Shown one piece after another: positions 46,440 to 64,000 of a stretch of DNA of 64,000 bases; positions within the stretch are counted from its first letter, which is position 1; the number at the start of each line of letters is the position of its first letter. A model generated the notes under the pieces. It was not told the DNA's origin, searched no databases, and saw only the letters and a program-made list of their open reading frames with translations. The translations under genes and the position numbers were made by a program. The stretch lies in assembly GCF_009914755.1 (NCBI RefSeq), contig NC_060929.1. One strand, 5' to 3'. This stretch comes from the human T2T-CHM13v2.0 reference genome, Homo sapiens.

Positions 46440-49400
46440 AGGTCTTCCAATGGCTTGCAGGTTTAAGAAGGTTTGTCTGACTGACTCTTAGATTCCCGGG
46501 CTGATGATTCCACAGGTTTTTCAGGTTGCCATCCAAGGTTTGATTTGGGTGTGATGGAACCAAGACTCTACTCCAACCACCTTGACTGCAGTTGGAGTGG
46601 AGAAGATAACTGAATACAGTCCTTCCCACGATGGATCCAGGGATGGGGAGGTAGAGGTGAGGGACTTGGCTAATACTAGATCCCCAGGATGGAACAATCC
46701 TTTTCCCTTTCTCAGTGGCATCCCTCAGGTAATGTCTTAAGGATTTGTTGGTACCTAGCCAAAGAAGTTATGTCCTCGACTAAGTTGGTAGTTTCTTGAT
46801 CAAGAAAGAGGTTGTTTTTGAGAAAAGGCTGTCCATATAGCATTTCATGAGGACTGAGTCTATCTTGTGGGGAGAATTTTGGACACTTAATAATGCTATG
46901 GGTAAGATGGTAGGCCATGGGAGGTGAATTTCTTGTGTTAATTTCCTTAAGTGCCTTTTGAGTGTTTCATTCATCTTCTCGACTTTCCTTGAGGATTGTG
47001 GTCTCCAGGTGCAATGAAGGTGATATTGTAACCCTAGTACCTTGGAAATTCCCCAAGTCACTGTGGCTCTGAAAGCCGGGCCATTATCACTTTGTAAACT
47101 AAAGGGAAGTCCAAACCTAGGAATTATTTCATGAACCAGGGCTTTGATTACCTCCTGGGCCTTTTCTATTTAAAGGGGAAGGCTTCAACCCAATTTGTGA
47201 AGGTATCAACACAGACTAATAAGTATTGAAGTCCCCGTGACTTAGGCATACGAGTGAAATCTAACAGCCAGTCCTCTCCAGGGTAGTGCCCTGTCCTTTG
47301 TTCTCCCTGAGGGGCTTCATGATGAACCAAGAAGTTATTCCTTTGGCACACTTTGCAGGCCTTGACTATCTGCCAGACAGTTTTAAGGAGATCTCATCCA
47401 GTGAACAGAGATTTGGCCTTTTGACGGGTATTCTCAATACCCATATGGAATGTTTGATGAAGGGTTTTTAGTATTTTCCATTGATTAGCTGTGGGTATGA
47501 GCACCTTTCCTTTCTCAGTAGCTAGCCATCCCAAGGGGAGAAAATTATGTCCACATGAAAGTCCCCATTCTGTTTCTGCAGGGGATACTGGGGCCTGGCC
47601 TCCCGAAGGAGATTATCCCGTACCAAGGGTCCCTCCATAGGTGTTTCTAATGGGAGGTCCTGTCTTGTGGTGACTTTGGTCTCAGCTTCTGCCTGGCAAT
47701 TTCCTTCTGCTTCCTTTTGATGGCCTTTTTGATGGGTTTTTGCACTGCCTGTAATAATTTCATACTTTCTTTATGGTATTTAATGGGTGTTACTCCAGAG
47801 GTTAGGAACTCCCTTTCTTTTCATATGGCAGCATGGGCATGTAGAACTAGATAAGCATATTTGCTGTCCATATACACATTTATTCTTTTTCCCTTTCCTA
47901 GCTCTAAATCTCAGGTAAGTTCCACTAGTTCTGCTAACTGGGTGCTGGTCCCTGGGGGAAGGGGCTCACTTTCAAGTACTGCTTTATCACTAACTATGGC
48001 ATATCCTGCCCTTCATAATCCCTTTTCTACAAATGAACTTCCTTCAGTATGTAGGTTGAGGTCAGGGTTCGTTAAGGGGACCTCTAGAAGATCCTCCTGG
48101 GCAGCATAAGTTTGGGCTATGACCTGTTGACCATCATGTTCTATTGGTCCTTCGTTTTCTGGGAGAAAAGTAGCTGGGTTAAGAGCTGCACAAGTGTGCA
48201 TCTGAAGCACTGGTCCCTCAAGTAATAAGGCCTGGTACCTAAGTAGGCGATAGTCTGACAGCCGCAAACCTCCTTTAGCAGTTAGTATGCTGTTTACATC
48301 GTGAGTAGTCCATACAGTGAGGTCTCTCCCTTGTATTATTTTGATGACCTCTGATACTAAAATGGCCACCACAGCTACCACCCAGAGACAATGAGGCCAA
48401 CCCTTTGTGACCACATCAATTTCTTTACTCAAATATGCTACTGGCTGTATGGTAGTCCCTCGAGTCTGGGTAAGGACTCCAATGGCTAGTCCCATCCTTT
48501 CTGTGACATATAAACAGAAATTTTGTCCCGTAGGTAGACTCAAAACTGGGACTTGTGTTAGGGCCTGTTCCAGGGTTCTGAAGGCTGCCTCTGCCTCTAG
48601 TCCCCATTCTATCAAACGGGTGTTAGCTTTTTGGGTTTCCTTAATTAGAGTGTAAAGTGGCCTGGCCATTTCACCATATCTGGGGATCTATAGTTGGCAA
48701 AAGCTGGTTATTCCAAGAAATGCTCATAACTGTTTTAATGTATTAGGGCAAGGATAAGCCAGTATAAGCTGGATAAATTCTTTGCTGAGAGCCCTGGTTC
48801 CTTTAGCCAAAACCAGCCCCAGGTATTTCACCTGCTGTAAACAAAGTTGAGCCTTTGATTTAGATACTTTGTAACCTCGATCAGCTAGAAAGTTTAAAAG
48901 GTCTTGGGTATCCTGATGGCACAGGGTCTCTGAACAGGTAGCTAGAAGTAAGTCATCCACATATTGAAGAATTAGGGTACTTGGGTGCAAGAAGTGACTT
49001 AAATCTTGGGCCAATGCTTGGCCAAACAGGTGAGGCCTATCCTTAAATCCATGGGGCAAGACTGTTCAGGTAGGCTGAGATGTTTGATCTCAGGGATCCT
49101 CAAAGGCAAATAGAAATTGACAGTCATGGTGTAGAGGGATACAGAAAAGCATCTTTAAGATCCGTGACTGTAAACCACTCTGCTTCTTCTGGTATTTGAG
49201 AGAGTAATGTATAAGTGTTGGGTACAGTTGGGTATAAAGGAATTACAGCCTCATTAATGAGCCTGAGGTCCTGCACTAATCTCCATTGACCATTTGGTTT
49301 TTGTATCCCTAGAATTGAGATGTTACAGGGGCTGTTACAACACCTTACTAGGCCTTGTGCTTTTAAATGTTTAACAATACCTTGTAATCCCTTTTGAGCT

Positions 49401-49897
49401 TTGGGTCTTAGGGGGTATTGTCTTCAGTAAGGGAAAGAGATGAGGTCTTTTAGTTTGATTTGGACTGGACAGGCATTCTTTGCTCATTGAATTGTCCTTC
49501 TAATGCCCAAACCTCAGGGTTGATTTCTTTCTCAAGTAGGGGACAACAGATAGGTGTTTTGTTCCCTGTATTCCTACAGATGATAGCTCCTGCTTTGACT
49601 AATATGTCCCTCCCCAGTAAGGGTGTGGGATTCTCGGCCATGATGAGAAAGACATGCAAGAAAAGTAAGGTTTCCAAGTTACAGCTAAGGGAGGTGAGAG
49701 AAATACCTGGTTACAGGTTGTCTCAGGATCCCTTGGATGGTAACAGACCTTGAGAACAACCATCCAGGGCAGGAGAGTAGAACCGAGAAGGCCATGACAG
49801 TGTCCAGGAGAAAGTCAATTTCCTGGCCCTCAATGATCAGACTTACCCAGGTCTCTGTGAGGGTGATGACATCAGATGGCGCTTGCCCCAGGCACCC
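46440..49897 (-). pseudogene. pol: pro-pol, disrupted
   Basis: PLLGRDIL; YVDD (48952-48963); RNase H; integrase PGEDWLLDFT, WVEAFP and WRPQSSRKVEKMN in the ORF track. Confidence 0.9.
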
Positions 49898-57447
<7,550 letters not shown>

Positions 57448-57940
57448 CTAAAAGGACAGCATAGGGATGCCTGCACCCCTAGTCATTCCCAGTGTACACT
57501 GGTACTAGGGCATCCCCTACTGTTTTAGTGTCCTTTTTCCAGGGTGCACAATCACCCATGGAACCCTGCTTATCACATTTAATTGTGCTTACTGACTTAG
57601 CAGTTTCAACCACACTCTTTTCCCTCCCTTCTTAGCCACAAAGAAGGAGGCCAGGCTGCTGGGTTTATTGGCCTCTTACCAGTGTGCCTGGAACAGTTTT
57701 TGTTCCTGTGAGTGGGTTCTAAGTCTGGGGTGTATTCTTAGGTGGTTAATGAGGCTCTAGTTAGCACATTTCTGAGTTTGAAACTGCCCCAATAAGATAA
57801 ACTCCTTAAAGATTGTACATAGACATAGCAATTTTAAGGTGGGGAGCAATAGGGTGTTGGACCAAGGCTGAAATAACATCTCGTGTACTAGCCTTTTGTT
57901 CCCACTTTCCATCATAAGAATATGACTTTTGATTTCCCAG

Positions 57941-58423
57941 TCAATGGTCTATTATATTACTTAACTCCCATAAGTGCGAGTGGTACCCTGAGTGGAAGAG
58001 CTCCATAGTTAGGATTGCTGATCCCAAACAAGAGAGATGATAAGTGAAATGGTTCCCAGTGAGGTGGGGACAACAGAAGGATAAATGTCCTAAGCCTTCC
58101 AGTAACCATTGGCACACACTATAGTGTCCTAAGTGTTGTCTCGGGTGCCAAATATGGGGAACAGATCCTGTATATTTGTATTGTTGCCCATCTACATAAG
58201 GATAAGCGATGGGACAACAGGAACACGGATCTGAGGGTTGGCATCCTAATTGTTTTAGATTCCTAATCCAGAGGGTTTTCATCCCGGGGTTAGAGAACAT
58301 CCTGGAAGACACGGTCTCAAGAAAGTCTTCCCTACAGATGTTTGGACCCAGGAGGCATGGGTCTAGAAGGGCGGGTGAAGCACGTTTGGGCAGCTGCTTA
58401 ACAAAGGTTTCACACAGCACCAT
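57941..58423 (-). CDS. Putative ERV pre-gag ORF (160 aa from ATG 58423), function unknown
   Basis: Stop-free 57941-58531 in the ORF track; ATG in a strong context (ATCATGG); located between the splice donor and gag; DPCLLGP and PSDPC motifs resemble the recalled ERV-W pre-gag region. Expression not shown. Confidence 0.45.
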   Translation of the reverse strand: MVLCETFVKQLPKRASPALLDPCLLGPNICREDFLETVSSRMFSNPGMKTLWIRNLKQLGCQPSDPCSCCPIAYPYVDGQQYKYTGSVPHIWHPRQHLGHYSVCQWLLEGLGHLSFCCPHLTGNHFTYHLSCLGSAILTMELFHSGYHSHLWELSNIIDH

Positions 58424-58735
58424 GATCTTGACCAAGCAGTGCCAGGAGCTCAGGACTACTGTTTTCCACCCTTGGCCAGCCCTCAGTTCAACCCAGAAAA
58501 TGCAGCGAAAGTGGGAACTGGTTCCAGGCAACCCAACGCTCCCGACTCAGAAGGGTTGGGGGTTGTTACAGACCCTTTTCTCAGAAAGACTTACACCCGT
58601 GTCTTTAGTCTGGCAGCCATGCTTGTCGTTTTTAAATGGCCAATAGGTGCCTAGTGTTTGCTCCTGATTCTAAAGAAAAATAGAGCAGAGTAGCAAGCAA
58701 AAGAGGTCCATCCAATGTTACTCACCGCTTTGGAA

Positions 58736-58753
58736 ATCCTGGATGAGCCCTCA
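58736..58753 (-). promoter_or_regulatory. Primer-binding site, tRNA-Pro-like (splice donor GCG|GTGAGT follows at 58720-58728)
   Basis: TGAGGGCTCATCCAGGAT versus the Pro PBS TGGGGGCTCGTCCGGGAT (3 mismatches, two at CpG sites), 3 nt from the LTR. Confidence 0.8.
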
Positions 58754-58756
58754 CAA

Positions 58757-59152
58757 TGAGTCAGGAGTTTTTTCTGCTGATGGGTTCATGGTCTCACTAA
58801 CTTTGAAGAATGAAGCTGTGGGCCTTCACAGTGAGTGTTACAGCTCAAAAAGAGTCCACAGACCAGGAGAGTGAGCAGCAGTGCAGTTCATTGAACAAAG
58901 CTTCCACATGGTGGAATGGGACCTGGAAGGTTTGCCTTTGCTGGCTCAGGTGGCTAAGGCTTATATCCCTGTATTACCCCCTCCCCTTTCTTTCTTTTTT
59001 TCATTGAAAGTGGTTCTTTTTTCAATCCTCCCTTGGAGTGGTTAATTTTGAATCCTTAACTCGACTGGTTAAGAACTCAAAATTCCGTGTCATGGGGTCT
59101 TTTGCAAAAGTCCCTGAAATGGCCCAGGGAGTCCTGCCAGCTCCACCCCTGA
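58757..59152 (-). mobile_element. 5' LTR (~396 bp)
   Basis: Diverged colinear copy of 44112-44521. Confidence 0.85.
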
Positions 59153-59307
59153 ATATGGTAACTCTATGTTCAACTTTTTGAGAAACTGCCAGACTGTTTT
59201 TCAAACTGGTTGCACCATTTTACAACACTAGCAATGTATGGAGATTCCAATTTCTTAACGTCTTCATCAACACTTGTACTGTCTGTCTTTTTCATTATAG
59301 CTATCTT

Positions 59308-59627
<320 letters not shown>

Positions 59628-60483
59628 TGAGAGGTAGCTCATGGTGGTTTTGATTTGAATTTCCCTAACAACAAATGATGTAGAGCATCTTTTTGTGTGT
59701 TCATTGGCCATTTGTACATCTTCTTTGGAGAAATGTTTATTCAAATCTTTTGCCAATTTTTAACTGGGTTATTTGTCTTTTTATTGTTGAGAAATGTATT
59801 GTCTTAAATGAGAAAAATTGCTATTTTGTTGTCTTGTGAGGATCACATGAGTGGATGACCCTCTTGGTTACTGCTATATAGAGCAAGAAGATGCCCATTG
59901 CCCTGGAATTAGCTATTACAGAATGTTGGGGACTTTATCAAAACTGCTCTGTCTTGTGAGAGAGCTAGTATGAGAAGTTAATCATGGGGAAAATGGTAGA
60001 TTCATTTCAACAATGCATCCAGAGGTTTCCAGGATTAGTCACCAAATGTGATTCTTTAAGTTAGGGAGACCCATTGGAGTGGATTAAGAACATAAGAATT
60101 AGTAAGAATTAGAACAACAATGAGGTCTCCAAAATAATATTGTCCTGAGGAAGGGAGGCATCTAGCTTGTGATTCAGGCTAAACCATATGTCTGAGGATT
60201 CACTAGTAAAAGCTAATTTCAGATTTCTGGAAAAACTACTCTACTTAAGTGAGTATGATTGGGGGTGGGGGAACAGCTTCAATGTGAATTAGTAGTACAG
60301 TGACCTTAAACCTAAGGTAACTATGTAATTTCTTCCCCCAAACTATGGCACCTTTAAATAGGAAAGGAGTGGCATTAATAATTCAGCAGACCATAGGAAA
60401 AATCTTGTCCTCTTGCAGTGATGTCCCTGCTAGTCTGGGACACTTCTAGATACACTGGCCCCCACAGCACTTCATCCTTGTGA

Positions 60484-61065
<582 letters not shown>

Positions 61066-62118
61066 TGACATATTTACAGCAGTTCCTATGCAGTATAATG
61101 TCTATAAAATGTTTGCATTTTTATGAAACTTTCTATTTTGCTAACTTTTGAGCAGTTCAAAGCAATTTGGGCCAATTAATCTAAAAACACATATCCCAAT
61201 GATCTGTTTTTAATATGTATTTCCCAATGTAAAATACTTATATATGATTTATCAAGTTTTACCTCATTTGGATACATTTCTATTTATTTTTTAATTACAT
61301 ACTTATTAAAGACTTTATCCAAAATACATTTATTACTGAAAGGAAATAGTCAATGTATCAAATTATAATACCTTTTTACTGAAAACCTTTTACTTACATC
61401 TCTGAAATTCAGAAGTCACTGAATTTTATAGTATAACTCTTAATTAAGCTTATATTGCTAAAATGTATAAGAATTTTAAGTTTATATTTCAATTTCCCTG
61501 ATCTTGGGATCATGACTATTAATTTTACCTGATCTCCCTTGCATAACACAATTTACTTAACAAGTGAGATTATTCTCAAACATTTCATTTTCCTGTAGTT
61601 TAAAAATGGCATTTAAGTGAATGCCTCCAGTTGAAAGTATTCAGGTACCCTACATCCTGGGAAAGGAGTGTCACTGCTCATAAATCTCATGTTCCTCTGC
61701 CTTTCATTATAATCTCTGTTATAGGGAAAGTACTATGACAGTCAAAGCACCAATCATTACAATTTTATCAAGCACGAGAACACTGTACTTGGTCTACAGC
61801 CTTTCACACTTCACTGGTAAGTATGTTACATGTATGGATAGAAAACAAGATGAAATACTGCCAGTGTGATTACCTAGGCTGATTTGCACTTCGATAGAGT
61901 GTAACTCCCATGAAGTATTAAGATATGCATGCCAGCTTTGGGATCATCTTATTTAAAGGTCACTTTAATTGCCTTTTTTTCACTAAGTGCGGCCCCAGTT
62001 GCTTTCTGGTAGTCCCTTAAGTTCACCTGCCTTGCTGAAGTTGATTTGGGACACCCATTTGCTCCTTACATTGATGGACTTATTGGACACAGTCTAGGTC
62101 ACATGTTCCAGGAAAATG

Positions 62119-62226
62119 GGCCTAAGTATGTCTAACACCCAAAGGTTTCAGGAAGGCCTAAGTATGTCTAACACCCAAAGAATTCAGGAAGGCCTAAGTA
62201 TGCCTAACATCCAAAGATTTTGTGAA
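62119..62226. repeat. 36-bp tandem repeat, 3 copies
   Basis: Unit GGCCTAAGTATGTCTAACACCCAAAGGTTTCAGGAA at 62119, 62155 and 62191; third copy more diverged. Confidence 0.95.
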
Positions 62227-62949
62227 CCCCTAAGTTGGTTAATTCAGGGGTGTCACCACTTGTTTAATAAACTTCAGGACAGTAATGGTTTTCTCAAGAT
62301 TTGGTTGACCATTTTGAATCTTCAAAAAATAACAAAACAGGCTGTGTATCAGAATGTTTCACAACATTGACCAAATTCCCAAGTTTGCTGTTCCACTGAA
62401 CCAAATGAAACTGCAGCGTATATCTACTTATGAACAGAAGAACCTGCTCATGGAGGTGGCCCCAGAGCAGACAAAACACAAGCTGGCAGACTCAGTGAGT
62501 GATTCTTCAGTGAGCACTGATTGCCCTGCCTATCATCAAACTCTGCATTGACACAGTGACCATTGTTGTGATCCTCCAAACAGAAGTTTGGGCATAGAAC
62601 AAACACAGAAGTTTAAGGAAGGTCATGCTTGGCCATTTTTAATTTCGAGATCAATAGAGCACTGGCACTCTTCATTGGCAACATAGTGAGTGTCAGGCCC
62701 ACGCTTTGAACTGTCTGGCACATCTCTGTGTAATGAGACCTGGTCTCACCAGGGATTAGGTTCAGAAGGTAGCACTTAGCCCAAACCAGCTCTGCTCCAA
62801 TTCCGTCAGGATGCACCCAATTTTCCCCTTTGAGTCTTTTGTTTTGTTTTGTTTTGTTTTGTTTGTTCACTGGAGAGTGGTTGGGGGAGACAGTAGTAAA
62901 AATGAACCTTTGCCTACTTTTTTACACCTTACTGATATGTTAAATACAT

Positions 62950-63100
62950 TAGCATGTATCCATTATTTTGATAAAAAACCAACTTATCATCTCTGAACTT
63001 TAGTTTTCACAACATCTAAATTGTAAAATAACATGGACCATGAAATAAAACCCAAAATGGACAACACTGGTTCCAATGTTGTGAGCTCTTTAGGCAATCC
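62950..63100 (+). mobile_element. MIR/MIR3 relic
   Basis: AACTTATCATCTCTGAACTTTAGTTTTCACAACATCTAAATTGTAAAA. Confidence 0.5.
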
Positions 63101-64000
63101 CAGTTGTCTACATTTGTGCTCCATGTACATACAGCTTTTTTTTCAGACTTGCACATTTCTCTTGCGAGGGGGCAGCCTGCTTTTCTATTTCCCTGGTGCT
63201 TTGCTCATTCTGGATATGCTGTTTTGAAGGCAAAAAGGACGGAGTCTTGGGAACCTCTACCTGCTAGAATCCATGAGGTTGCTTTCTGACATCAAAGTTA
63301 ATTGATAATTGGGTGAATAAGCCATATTAAGAGGGTTCTAGTCTTGAAGGGACTGAATGTATTTGTGGCCGGGAGCTCTCACCTTTGTCTCCTTGAGATT
63401 GTCTATTATTCCCATATTCCCATATGACATGGACACCCTGAAGGAGATTAATATTTGCTACCACTCCCAATGTTGAATGAAGCAGTAAATACAGGAACAA
63501 GCAAAGCTTCGCAGTAGTGTTCTCAGTGTGCTGTGGCTGGAACCTCAGTTACAATGGCCTATAGTGAACCACTTTAGTGTCCATTATAATAAAATAAGGA
63601 CTTCTGGTGAATCTCCAAAGTTTTAATTACACTCCTTTCTCTCTGTCTCCGTAGGGTACTATTAAGTGTTTTCATTCATCCTCTCAGTTTTACTTGGGAC
63701 ACTCATGTGCTATTGTGCACATTGTAACAAAATGTGTGGTCTGCATTGGCAAAAGTATATACGCATTTGGGGTATTTTACATGAGGCTTGAAGCTTTGTA
63801 AGAGGAAGCTCCTCTTACTCTTGGCTTGTGGATACCCAAAGGCGGTGTGTCACTGTGAAAGCCAGAGACGGCAGTCCAGCTGTTGTTGTTGTTCTTTCAA
63901 TACAAAATCTTTTCTTGGCTCCTTTTGTGCTTTATGTAATGTTATTTATAATTTCAAAAATATTGTATACATGTCAAACAATTAATAGAAAATATAAGTG

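Noticed and set aside
62119-62226. CRISPR-like array (36-bp repeats)
   Set aside because: Units are head-to-tail with no spacers, no cas genes, and the DNA is human.

Overview
Human genomic DNA; a human-specific AluYb8/9-type insertion at 14726-15042 fixes the species. No host protein-coding gene or RNA gene is evident. Most of the window is transposable-element sequence in three large nested blocks. (1) 9606-17604: a near full-length L1PA7-like element (minus strand) whose 19-bp target-site duplication (TSD) encloses ~1.26 kb of extra sequence with its own AATAAA and poly(A), i.e. a 3' transduction; an AluYb9 later landed in ORF2. (2) 24343-39197: a two-LTR MER4E-type provirus (minus, TSD AAGT) interrupted by a ~7-kb plus-strand cassette: MER48 LTR + HERVH48/HERV-Fb gag-pol + AluJ piece + MIR/hAT relics + full-length RPL13A processed pseudogene + A-rich tail. 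The cassette contains repeats older than its host, so it must have been copied in from elsewhere. (3) 44112-59152: a two-LTR HERV9/HERV-W-supergroup provirus (minus, TSD ATAT) with short LTRs, a tRNA-Pro-like PBS and an open pre-gag ORF, split in gag by a full-length L1PA4-like element. Unique DNA holds a candidate AHR/HIF (bHLH-PAS) motif cluster at ~5.66-5.77 kb and candidate plus-strand non-coding exons near 60-64 kb. I found no convincing new enzymatic system; the interesting signals are the retrotransposition histories, the pre-gag ORF and the regulatory cluster. Repeat family names come from recalled consensus sequences and need RepeatMasker/Dfam confirmation; boundaries of old repeats are approximate.
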